From: Fibrobacteria bacterium | GTDB lineage: Bacteria > Fibrobacterota > Fibrobacteria > UBA11236 | Direction of reading: 5' to 3' | Assembly: GCA_041746255.1 (NCBI GenBank) | Contig: JBGTHM010000090.1 | Span: 1 to 63,144 of the forward strand | Length of the DNA stretch: 63,144 nt | Part shown: positions 9,429 to 18,596 of the stretch, piece after piece | How positions within the stretch are numbered: the stretch's first letter is position 1 | Layout: each line of letters begins with the position of its first letter | Notes under the pieces: model-generated | Databases searched by the model: none | What the model saw: the letters and a program-made list of their open reading frames with translations, nothing else | What the model was told of the DNA's origin: nothing | Translations under genes and position numbers: made by a program

Positions 9429-10103
9429 TCATGGCCTTCTGCATTGTAATCCGAAACTTCTTTCAAACTGATATGCTCGTTCCGGACGGAGAAACATTTT
9501 ATTGTCACAGGCATTAAACCGAAAGGACTCAACATCAACGAACCCATGATCCGAAAGCGCCTTCGCCAACGAATATCTGTCCCACATCCAACGATGGACC
9601 GCATTCCCGAATAGATCGGAGATCAACCGGAGCATACTTTTATTCCGATTAGGCAACCCCAATAACGTTCCCTTCAAGAATTTTATCGATGCTTCTGCTT
9701 TGATCTTCAATTTATCAGGGTCCATTGGTTCCGAATGGATCTCGGAAACAGCATTTACATATTCCTTTGCATAGGCTTCCAGGTCAGGAAGAATGCATCG
9801 AAACATCCCACCAGGCTTGAGGATTCGGAAGGTATTTTTAATGGCTGTATGACATTCTTCCAATGATATGTGTTCTAAAATGTGTGAGCAAAAAACGCCA
9901 TCGGCGCACTCGTTCGCAAGGGGAAGCCCGCGAACAATATCACCATATCGGACGGCATCGTCGAATGTACAATTCAAAAAGGGCCTTAGGATTCTCCCCA
10001 CCAACGCGATTTTTTGGATGCGTAATGTCGGGGAGGCATCGAAATTAATCCATCCCTCCGGCGCCTCAGTGCCACATCCGTATTGCACATAGATATTTTT
10101 CAT
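9429..10103 (-). CDS. Methyltransferase domain protein (Methyltransf_11-like)
   Basis: YVQYGCG, GWINFD, FCSHILEH, ILKPGGMFRCILPDL, HRWMWD. Confidence 0.82.
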   Translation of the reverse strand: MKNIYVQYGCGTEAPEGWINFDASPTLRIQKIALVGRILRPFLNCTFDDAVRYGDIVRGLPLANECADGVFCSHILEHISLEECHTAIKNTFRILKPGGMFRCILPDLEAYAKEYVNAVSEIHSEPMDPDKLKIKAEASIKFLKGTLLGLPNRNKSMLRLISDLFGNAVHRWMWDRYSLAKALSDHGFVDVESFRFNACDNKMFLRPERAYQFERSFGLQCRRP

Positions 10104-10124
10104 GAATCGGCGAATCCTCTTTTT

Positions 10125-11180
10125 TTAATCAAGTATCGACAAAAAACTGGCGGCGGATATTTGAGGCGTTATTTTTTGTCCGGCTCCATGTGCTTCTTGC
10201 GACATAGAAAAAAGCTCGGCGTCCGTAGTCTCTATAATTTGCAACATCCTTCGTCTAAGATCGTTGCAATCTCCGGACTTGAAAATATAACCGTTAAGTT
10301 TCTGGGTGACAAAGTAAGGGGCCGCCCCACAAACATCCGAACAAATTATGGGCAGGCCAGCAGCCGCAAACTCATGCAAAACAACTCCCCATGGTTCGTC
10401 GCGACTAGGGAGCACAAAACATCCCGAATGTCCCACTTCATCGATTAGATTCTCAGGTTGCATGAAATCCATTACCGCGATGTCACGATTCCCTCTTAAA
10501 TAAGCCCCCAAGGATCCGTTTCCGATAAGGCGCAATTCCCAATTCTTCCGCACGTTTTCCAATTCGGACCAAGCTTCTAATAAAAGGTCTACCCCTTTGA
10601 CCGTTTCGTACCTTCCAACGAACAAAAAACGGTGTGGATACTTTTTCGATTTCACGTCCCTGAACGAGGAATGAGCGGCATTAAACAATTCCAAATCCGC
10701 GCTATAACAATTGAATATTATTTGCGGCTTTTTAAACCCTATGTTCCTGGCGAACTCGTATTGATAAGGACCTGTTACCCATGCGTGGCTGAAAAAGCTG
10801 CCCAACAACAACGGCCCCGAGACCGATGCCGTCATCTGCCTTAAAGTACCTTTCCATTGATCATCAAAACCGGCTACTACAGGTATTCGCTTTTTCCTGA
10901 GTGACCTTGCTACGCTTAAATAGTCCCTATCTTGCCAACCAGATATGAAAACTAAATCGGGAGAAATGTCTTCGGCTATTGCATGCAAGTCCTTTCTGTT
11001 GCATTCAGATCGGTTGTAATACCTTAAACGATCGATTACGGGAGGTTTATATGGTGTCAATTTCTTATGATCCCAATGAACAACATGTACCTCCGCACCA
11101 TACCTTTGGGTATATTCCCGAAGGATTGGAATTTGGTAGCCCATTAGCTCTGTGTACATGTATAGAATTTTCAAAGCCAT
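10125..11180 (-). CDS. Glycosyltransferase family 4
   Basis: FLFVGR, KGVDLL, FVLPSRDEPWGVVLHEFAAAGLP. Confidence 0.9.
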   Translation of the reverse strand: MALKILYMYTELMGYQIPILREYTQRYGAEVHVVHWDHKKLTPYKPPVIDRLRYYNRSECNRKDLHAIAEDISPDLVFISGWQDRDYLSVARSLRKKRIPVVAGFDDQWKGTLRQMTASVSGPLLLGSFFSHAWVTGPYQYEFARNIGFKKPQIIFNCYSADLELFNAAHSSFRDVKSKKYPHRFLFVGRYETVKGVDLLLEAWSELENVRKNWELRLIGNGSLGAYLRGNRDIAVMDFMQPENLIDEVGHSGCFVLPSRDEPWGVVLHEFAAAGLPIICSDVCGAAPYFVTQKLNGYIFKSGDCNDLRRRMLQIIETTDAELFSMSQEAHGAGQKITPQISAASFLSILD

Positions 11181-11214
11181 TCTTTTTTTCCAGTTGTCAA
11201 CGTTTCATCGTCGC

Positions 11215-12276
11215 TTAATCGATTGTGCATTCGACCTTTATTGCGTTAATAAACTGGCTTGCACGGCTTTCGACATCGTGTCCATCTGACCATACTCGTT
11301 TCATTCCGGCTTTTGCGATGTTTTCGGAAATTTCTGGGTTACTAATCAACCATTGGACTTTTTTTATCAATTCATCACAGGATGAAAAATAACATGCCTC
11401 TTTGTTTTCTTCGAACATTTCCCCCAAATCATCCGTACGTTCGGCTAGCATCAATCGACCACACGCAGGGATTTCGAAACAACGTCTTGTATATGTGTCC
11501 CGATTCAGCTTTGAAAAAAAAGCCAGACAGATTTTTGCTCCACAAAGGGCTTTGGCATAGGAATCATCTTCAGCCCTGCGGATTTCTCCGAAATATGAGC
11601 TTAGATCGCCTAGTACGTCTTTCCTCCAATACTCGTCTCCGAAAAGCCTGACCCTGAATCCTGATTCAACCAGCGCCCTTAAATACTTGACGCGCCCATC
11701 CGGTTCATAGTGTCCAATAAAAACCACATCGCATTCATAGTTTTTTCTTTCGATTGGAGACAGATCGACAGGGCGGTCCTTCCACGGGACGAAATAAGGT
11801 TTCAAAACCGAAGCATTTCTTGCGCCGTAATCAACGGCCTCCATTACATTAACCTTCCGAAAAAAGAAATTTATTCGATATCGCCTAATACCTTTTAAAT
11901 ACCAATGCCATAGTAAGTGATGGTGCCAAGGTACGTTTACATGGTTTTTCGGGCCGAAGGGGTCATCATTATTGTATGAAACCGTTGTTATTCCCATGCG
12001 ATTCATTTCACGAATCGTCCGGGGATGGATATGTGTCCCCCTCCAAATTAAGGCGACATCGGGTTTCTCGGCTTTGGCCTTTTTCAGAATGGATTTGTTT
12101 AATTTGATCAATGCGGGTCCAGGAACGGGAATCGCTTCCTGTATCCTCCCAAACTTCCCATCGAAAAAGGTTGCGAAGGAAAATTTAATTACCTGCCATC
12201 CCTGTCCCGCCAGGGCCTGTCCAAAGGCTTCTTCGTAAATCATCCACCGCCAATTGCCGGCCAGAAGGATTTTCAT
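11215..12276 (-). CDS. Glycosyltransferase (CgeB/Glyco_trans_1_2 type)
   Basis: DVVFIGHYE, TRRCFEIPACG, GHDV; start set at ATG 12276 (ATGA overlap). Confidence 0.85.
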   Translation of the reverse strand: MKILLAGNWRWMIYEEAFGQALAGQGWQVIKFSFATFFDGKFGRIQEAIPVPGPALIKLNKSILKKAKAEKPDVALIWRGTHIHPRTIREMNRMGITTVSYNNDDPFGPKNHVNVPWHHHLLWHWYLKGIRRYRINFFFRKVNVMEAVDYGARNASVLKPYFVPWKDRPVDLSPIERKNYECDVVFIGHYEPDGRVKYLRALVESGFRVRLFGDEYWRKDVLGDLSSYFGEIRRAEDDSYAKALCGAKICLAFFSKLNRDTYTRRCFEIPACGRLMLAERTDDLGEMFEENKEACYFSSCDELIKKVQWLISNPEISENIAKAGMKRVWSDGHDVESRASQFINAIKVECTID

Positions 12277-13163
12277 AATTTTATCCACTCTTCCGGAATT
12301 AATCCATCGAAGCCCCAGGATCCCGCTCCCTTATCGATTTGCATGCCTGGCGTTACCACCAGCTTGTTGCAATAATTACCCAACCAAGCCCCCCACCAAC
12401 TAAAGGTGCTGTTTGCCGTAATAAAGTGTTTGCACTGGCTCATCAGCCATAGGTCCATATTGGCATCCCGATCTCCACTATTTTGGTCTACGAATATAGT
12501 TCGATCGGGAGGCAGCGTTATTTTGGATCGAGTCAAGGGATAATCGTCGGAGAATACAAAATATCGAGGTTTTTCAAGTTGATTTTCCATTAATTCAAAT
12601 GCCTTGCGATAATATTCGAGAGGTGCATTTTTGGCCGGACCTTGAGTAAGGCCTCCATCAAACCACCGAACATGCACAGCCACCGAATCCGAACAATGGA
12701 TTTTTTCGGCAAATTTCAAGTCAGCCCTATTGTTGGGAGGAATCATTTGTAAATCTTCACGAATTTCCCGTCCTACATCCTTAAAATACCTTTCGCTTTG
12801 CCAATATCCCTCCAAGTGCAACGTCCCATTTACTTTTACCGAAAGTAACCGAAGATCGAACGCGCGACCCTCCTGTTCTATAAACCATCTGCGGCTGTAC
12901 GGCAATCTTCTATTCCAAATCCTAGCAAAACCTCTTCGTAATTTGGGAAATGGCTCAAATCTTTCCCTCGGAGTCGCTTTACGACAAGAAATATTGAACC
13001 GATCCATCTGATAGCTTCTACGGTAAGCATAATCTTCGGCAAAACCACTCACGTCATCCAAAACCAATTCGGCATTCTGTACCAACGACAACCTTCGAGC
13101 TGCGGCGTAACAAAAAAGCTGGTTACCCAATCCACCGAAAATGCGGGCGACTATTTTTTTCAT
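12273..13163 (-). CDS. Alpha-1,2-fucosyltransferase (GT11)
   Basis: GGLGNQLFCYA, GYWQSERYF, VAVHVR, FVFSDD, ITANSTFSWWGAWL. Confidence 0.92.
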   Translation of the reverse strand: MKKIVARIFGGLGNQLFCYAAARRLSLVQNAELVLDDVSGFAEDYAYRRSYQMDRFNISCRKATPRERFEPFPKLRRGFARIWNRRLPYSRRWFIEQEGRAFDLRLLSVKVNGTLHLEGYWQSERYFKDVGREIREDLQMIPPNNRADLKFAEKIHCSDSVAVHVRWFDGGLTQGPAKNAPLEYYRKAFELMENQLEKPRYFVFSDDYPLTRSKITLPPDRTIFVDQNSGDRDANMDLWLMSQCKHFITANSTFSWWGAWLGNYCNKLVVTPGMQIDKGAGSWGFDGLIPEEWIKL

Positions 13164-14638
13164 ATTAGTTTATATCCAAAGTAAAATATTATTCCTAGCG
13201 CTAAACTACCGTACCAGAGCGCCGTCACTTTGGAAATCAAGGCCTTGGAACCGGAAATGAATCCGAGCCAGGCACATCCCGCCAGAAGGATCGTACACAT
13301 CAACCGATAACGTTCATGAATAATGATATTTCCTCCGGCAACAGCAATGAACGTCACCCAATAACTTATGTGAAAAATAAGGGGGCCCGCATTGCGATAT
13401 CTGTTTTTAAAGGCATGTATCAGCCCAGATAAAACATATGGAACCATTCCGATATTGATTAAGCTTGATGATGCCACCATTAACCATTGCCAAGCGCTCA
13501 TGCTACCCTGGAAAAAATCCGAAACGGTTGGGATAATTTTTGGCAATGGCGCAATCAGGTACAATACCATCCGAGGCAATGTGAAAATCATCCCTTGCCA
13601 GGCTGATTCGGGAGCAAGCAATAGCCCTATTGATTGGTCAGACCATTCCTGGTGCATGGCGGCATTTTCCTGGAATGAAACAACTTGACCTAATAGTTTA
13701 AGATAATCCAATTCGTACCCGCCCGTCAGGGTTTGTAGCGTAGGCCCAGCGAACAGCAATACCAATGCCAAACACAGCAAAACAACTTTGGGCAATGTTT
13801 TGGAACTCCCGGATGAACGCAACATTATCGCCATTACGACCATCGATATAACAGTCGGTATTACCATGCTTGTACGCACTATAGCGATAATCAATATTGA
13901 TAAACAAACTGTCAAAACCGTTTTCACCAACGATACCTCAACCGTTTTCCCAATGTAACGGCCGCTTGCAATCATCGCAACCAGGATGAAAACGGCGGAA
14001 AATGTTTCTCGAGACGTCAATACGTCAAACCAAATTATTTCTGGGAATAATAAAACAAATGACAGCGTCCAGTCCCTAGGTCCGACTTTTTCCCGGATTT
14101 CGTAACCAACCTTGATGAGAAATAGTATTCCACAAAGCGTAACGAAGCTATTTATCAAAGCGGGTCCAAAAGGATTGTGTCCGAACATATAAAATATGCC
14201 CGCATAATAATACAGGATTCCCTGGTAATTGGATCCCAATTCTGGGATCCAATTATTTTCAATAAGAGCTTTTGCCTGGTAGTAATAGCGCATTGGATCA
14301 TATCCGATGATATAATCTCTTTCAAAAGGAATTAAATCCGGTATCCATCCAACATGAATCAGGAAATGCGTCATTGCCAATTTGATGATCCAGAAGTACC
14401 CGAGAATAGCAAGTTTGGGATCTTCCAGTTTCACCTGCAGGCTACGGCATAGGATTAAGCCCATTATCGCGACAAGGGCGTTAAGGAAAATTAATCTTTC
14501 CATCTCATTATATGCGGAAATCAAGATTGAAATTCCACCCAGACATAACAACAACCCCGCCAGCGCTATTTGGCCGGAATCCAACCTACGTACTTGTTCC
14601 ACCGGGCTGGTCGAAAATTTAATGGTTATTTCCGTCAT
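13160..14638 (-). CDS. Polytopic membrane protein, probable Wzy polymerase or GT-C enzyme
   Basis: About 11 or more hydrophobic segments, D..RYY loop, C-terminal ERYR motif; located in a Wzx/Wzz locus. Confidence 0.6.
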   Translation of the reverse strand: MTEITIKFSTSPVEQVRRLDSGQIALAGLLLCLGGISILISAYNEMERLIFLNALVAIMGLILCRSLQVKLEDPKLAILGYFWIIKLAMTHFLIHVGWIPDLIPFERDYIIGYDPMRYYYQAKALIENNWIPELGSNYQGILYYYAGIFYMFGHNPFGPALINSFVTLCGILFLIKVGYEIREKVGPRDWTLSFVLLFPEIIWFDVLTSRETFSAVFILVAMIASGRYIGKTVEVSLVKTVLTVCLSILIIAIVRTSMVIPTVISMVVMAIMLRSSGSSKTLPKVVLLCLALVLLFAGPTLQTLTGGYELDYLKLLGQVVSFQENAAMHQEWSDQSIGLLLAPESAWQGMIFTLPRMVLYLIAPLPKIIPTVSDFFQGSMSAWQWLMVASSSLINIGMVPYVLSGLIHAFKNRYRNAGPLIFHISYWVTFIAVAGGNIIIHERYRLMCTILLAGCAWLGFISGSKALISKVTALWYGSLALGIIFYFGYKLI

Positions 14639-14676
14639 GGGTAATATTCAATTAAATGCTGGGCTGAAGTATTTTG

Positions 14677-15954
14677 TCACCGCTTCGCATGTCTATATTC
14701 TTGCATCCAATTATTGTCAACGAGATGACTTACCAACTTTTCGATTGCTTCGTCCGGGGAAAATTCCGTAGTGTTTATCTCAATGTTAGGTATCCCGTAT
14801 TGACTTAAGATTTTCCGATAATGTCCTATCATGGCTGATATCTGGTGCGGACTTAACTCTTCCGGTTTGCGCTTATATATGAAGTTAGGGTTTCCTACGC
14901 ATAAGATTACATAACGGGGCTTTGGAAAAAATTTTAAAAATAATAATTCGTTTGCGAAAATAGGCTTTCTAAAAAAGACGTCGCAACCATACCTATCGCA
15001 AAAAACAACCCCGCCGCTCCCACAAAACCAATTGTGTCTCCAAAGTCGCTCCAACAAATCCAAGTAGCAGATTATTTTCCATATAATCCGCCCTGTCATC
15101 CCGATTGGGTTCCAGGCTTGAAACTTTATACTTAAATAAGTCGCAACCTTCATCGGTAGTTTTAGAATCGACCGCATTTCCGACGGTTTCGAAGGCCCCA
15201 TATACTGGACGCGAATGGAAGGCCATTGAATTTGGTTTAGCGACGATATCAACGTGCTTTTTCCCGCACCATCCGGGCCCAGAAAAACTATTGCTCGCGG
15301 GACGCGGATCAAGCTTTTAATTCTCCTTGTAATTCTTTTCAGGATAGGTGTCGGCGTATCATCTTTTTTTCCGAACGCATGTCGGATTTTTTCAATAACC
15401 TTCCGCTCGCTCATCTCACCGTTTTTAAAGTCAGTGACTAAACCCCACAATCTATCCACTGATATCGGCATAAATGAATCGAACTTCTGCCTTTTAATAA
15501 TTTCCTCTTTATCGATTTTGAAATACTTTTCTGCATATTTATGTTCAAATCTATTTTTATTAATAGATGCGTGTAAGGCATATAAAACCGCCTCGTCTGC
15601 CGGAAGGAGATAGAGGATTCCCCCCTCACGCTCTCGACCTGATTGAAATAAATATCCTATCATCTCGTCTGATATTTTCACATTCCCGAATGAAAGGCTT
15701 TCCTGAACATCTAAATGCAACCATTTATTTTCGGATCGAATGAACTTGATGTAACCATTTGAGGTCGGCCTGGAATGAAACCCCAATGACCGCAGCTTTT
15801 TCCTCCATTCGGGCGAATTCCACACCAGGATGTCAATATCCCCTGCTTGCTCCCATGAAGTCGGCTCTCTAAGTATGACAAATTTAATCCCGCCCTGAAC
15901 GAGCTCCCGCAACAAATTTAATACTGTGGGTCCGGCGACTTGTGTCATCGTCAT
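14677..15954 (-). CDS. Fusion of a nucleotidyltransferase-like domain and a thymidylate/NMP kinase-like domain
   Basis: N-terminal FVILR...GDIDILV...LHLDV; C-terminal FLGPDGAGKST P-loop, CDRY, FPKP, KRKPEE. Confidence 0.75.
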   Translation of the reverse strand: MTMTQVAGPTVLNLLRELVQGGIKFVILREPTSWEQAGDIDILVWNSPEWRKKLRSLGFHSRPTSNGYIKFIRSENKWLHLDVQESLSFGNVKISDEMIGYLFQSGREREGGILYLLPADEAVLYALHASINKNRFEHKYAEKYFKIDKEEIIKRQKFDSFMPISVDRLWGLVTDFKNGEMSERKVIEKIRHAFGKKDDTPTPILKRITRRIKSLIRVPRAIVFLGPDGAGKSTLISSLNQIQWPSIRVQYMGPSKPSEMRSILKLPMKVATYLSIKFQAWNPIGMTGRIIWKIICYLDLLERLWRHNWFCGSGGVVFCDRYGCDVFFRKPIFANELLFLKFFPKPRYVILCVGNPNFIYKRKPEELSPHQISAMIGHYRKILSQYGIPNIEINTTEFSPDEAIEKLVSHLVDNNWMQEYRHAKR

Positions 15955-16490
15955 TTACTGGTTTTCTCAAAGCTATTTTTGATAGTAAGTCTGTAATTGG
16001 ATAGTAATATTTTGCGTTTATCTTTGATGGCTGATCCGATTCTTTCAATCCCCCTCCTTATAATATTTTTCCTGAACCTTACTACCGCCACCATTACATG
16101 GGTGTCACCTCTTGCGGCAAGTATGGAAATTCGATGCGACCCGTCCAACACATTCCAAGATGGACTGAACGACAAGTTTCTTCTTTTAATTACCAGAGGT
16201 CGTCCTTCACTTTCGTCGTATCCGTTTGTCATGATTGAATTTAAAAGTTTCTCAAATCCGTGTTCATCCAGATGGTGTTGATTTCTTGTATTATAGTGCG
16301 AATAACTCATGTACCCATGCATAGGTTGCACCGGGGAACCCACTATTCGATTTTTGATGAATTGGTAATGTGGAGTTTCTGCAACAGGGACAAATTTCCC
16401 ACCTTTTCCCGGGACTGGAGATGTCAACTTTATGTACAAACGAAATATTTCCACGGTTCTATGTTCGATTATTTGGAACGCCTCGAACAA
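15951..16490 (-). CDS. ParB/Sulfiredoxin-like domain protein
   Basis: FEKLLNSIMTNGY...PLVI...VLDGSHRISIL; no HTH domain. Confidence 0.7.
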   Translation of the reverse strand: MFEAFQIIEHRTVEIFRLYIKLTSPVPGKGGKFVPVAETPHYQFIKNRIVGSPVQPMHGYMSYSHYNTRNQHHLDEHGFEKLLNSIMTNGYDESEGRPLVIKRRNLSFSPSWNVLDGSHRISILAARGDTHVMVAVVRFRKNIIRRGIERIGSAIKDKRKILLSNYRLTIKNSFEKTSK

Positions 16491-16576
16491 ATCTTATCTC
16501 CTTTCATTAATTTGGCCCATATTTTAAGGGATTTATACTCCATTGTCACTTCTATTCATATCTGTTATACCGTCAA

Positions 16577-17914
16577 TCAGCTTGGTTTCATTTCTTTTCG
16601 TTTCCTTATTTTGGTGTGCTGGCTACGAAATACGGTCATTATCCAAAAGATCCTGATAATCCCATGCAATACAGACGCTACCACAACTCCTTCCAATCCT
16701 TTCCAATAAGCGCCTGCCAAAATTAATGCCATACCTATCAGATACGAAATGTTATTCGGTAAAATCAGAGTATTCACGGTTTTTTCCGCCTGTAATACGA
16801 TTGTCAAGAATCGAGATCCTTCGTACAACACTGCAGACAGTACCATTCCAGGAAGCAAATATGAAATTTGGGAATATTCCTTTGCTACCAATAACGAAAA
16901 TATGAATTCATGAAGAAAATACGAAGCAAGCACGGCAGCCAATAACAACGTTAAGGCTATCGACATGATTCTCCATCCTAAAATAAACACAGCATCAACA
17001 CGCACCATATCCATTGCATCCCCTACTCGCTGAAAATATATGGGGGCCAGTAGTGTAGTAACCATTCCAATCACAATTGAAATCGGATAATTTCCTAATT
17101 GGAACAATACGGCATACAAGCCCACATCTTCGGTTGATGAAAAAAACTCAAGACCCCACCGATCCGCCGCGGTCTTACTCCATCCCAATATGCCCCATGT
17201 TGCAAAGGGCCACGAATATTCATATATGCGCCCCTTCCATCGGTCTCTTATTTTTGAATCCATAGGTTTGCCGGCTTGTTCCGACTTTGTGATTCGCCTG
17301 AAAAATATATATTGTGACGGCAAGACTAGGAACATTGCCAATGCATAGCCGACCATGGCAATCAGGCTACTTGCCCCCAGCCATAATATCAGACCTGCCG
17401 CGATTAGGAACCGGCCCCAGGTAGCGAGTGCCTGATGCAGCGCCACTACCGCTCTTTGCCGGGCAGCATTTTGGATACCGTTCAATATGTTATTGTAACC
17501 GGTAATGATCGATAAAGCCACTCCAGCCAATCCAATCAGCGCCCATTGCGATAGGTCGGTTAACGACAGACCTATCGCAATCGGAATCGAACACGCCAGA
17601 ATAATTTTTGTAATGTTTATTGCCGTTTGGCGAACGGCCCCAAAATAGATGCGCAACTCCTTTGATTCCCTAGCAGGCGCGAAAAATCTTGTTGCCCCAT
17701 TACTTAGCGGGCCCAGCACCACCCAATGTATAAGAGTTGCCGCTGTCATTCCCAACGCCAGCTGCCCGTATTCCACTGGAGACAATAGTTCTGTCAGAAT
17801 TTTTATTCCAACCAACGATCCCACTACTGTCATGACTTGACCAAGGGCTATCCAACTGAACTCCTTTCCAAGTCGTGCATATCTATCCCGTTTGACTAAT
17901 TCGAATAACCGCAA
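16577..17914 (-). CDS. wzx: Wzx flippase (MOP superfamily)
   Basis: About 12 TM segments; LLSPVEYGQLA, DRWGL...EDVGLYA. Confidence 0.88.
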   Translation of the reverse strand: MRLFELVKRDRYARLGKEFSWIALGQVMTVVGSLVGIKILTELLSPVEYGQLALGMTAATLIHWVVLGPLSNGATRFFAPARESKELRIYFGAVRQTAINITKIILACSIPIAIGLSLTDLSQWALIGLAGVALSIITGYNNILNGIQNAARQRAVVALHQALATWGRFLIAAGLILWLGASSLIAMVGYALAMFLVLPSQYIFFRRITKSEQAGKPMDSKIRDRWKGRIYEYSWPFATWGILGWSKTAADRWGLEFFSSTEDVGLYAVLFQLGNYPISIVIGMVTTLLAPIYFQRVGDAMDMVRVDAVFILGWRIMSIALTLLLAAVLASYFLHEFIFSLLVAKEYSQISYLLPGMVLSAVLYEGSRFLTIVLQAEKTVNTLILPNNISYLIGMALILAGAYWKGLEGVVVASVLHGIIRIFWIMTVFRSQHTKIRKRKEMKPS

Positions 17915-18167
17915 AGATTTCTTCTGCCTTTAATATTCAATTCGGTTTATTCAACTACCTGTATAGAAGTAATGAAAAGCGCTGTTTGCGTTAACGACGT
18001 CACGTATAACCTGAGCTATTCGACCATCATCATGGAGAAGTTACGCTAACCTGTAACTTCAATGCGTCTAGGATCGGTCTCGAAGCCATCCGATTTCATC
18101 TACCCCTTCCGATCGCGTGATTCACCCGCTTCACTCCTGCGGCTCCAAACAGTATGTCAATCTTGCC

Positions 18168-18590
18168 TCATTCCGATTCCTTTTTTTCCATACTTTCAGC
18201 TACCGCTTTCAGAACCCTGCTCCGCAACAAATTGCTGCTCACACCCTTCGTGCGAGGTAGAATCAACAGGCGCTCCAGGGGAATGGGGTTGGAATTGTCG
18301 TGGCCATGAATCAACAAGTCTATGCCATGGTCATCCAGAAATTTTATATCGATCATCCATTTGGAGGGCACAACTTCATCGACATGCTTCATTGCTTCCA
18401 GTACCTCCTTTCTTTCGGAATAAGAAAGTTCGGGAGCATACCCCTTTTTCAACCGTATTTCTTCATCGGTAGTCAAGGCCACTACAACATCTCCAAGTTT
18501 TTTAGCCGCTTTTAATATTCGAACATGGCCGTGGTGGATTAATGTCGCAGACATGTCAACCATAATCCTTTTATTTTTTGTCGTTTCCAT
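18168..18590 (-). CDS. Standalone HxGH cytidylyltransferase (glycerol-3-phosphate cytidylyltransferase-like)
   Basis: HHGHVRIL, VVVALTTD, ERKEVL, HGHD, RTKGVSS. Confidence 0.9.
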   Translation of the reverse strand: METTKNKRIMVDMSATLIHHGHVRILKAAKKLGDVVVALTTDEEIRLKKGYAPELSYSERKEVLEAMKHVDEVVPSKWMIDIKFLDDHGIDLLIHGHDNSNPIPLERLLILPRTKGVSSNLLRSRVLKAVAESMEKKESE

Positions 18591-18596
18591 AAATAA

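Noticed and set aside
14677..16490. Housekeeping tmk and chromosome-partitioning parB
   Set aside because: The kinase domain is fused to an NTase domain; the ParB-like protein has no HTH, parA or parS; both sit in an AT-rich accessory operon.
18037..18060. Inverted repeat GAAGTTAC-N8-GTAACTTC in the gap upstream of wzx
   Set aside because: Single weak 8-bp stem with no U-tract or second copy; no function can be supported.
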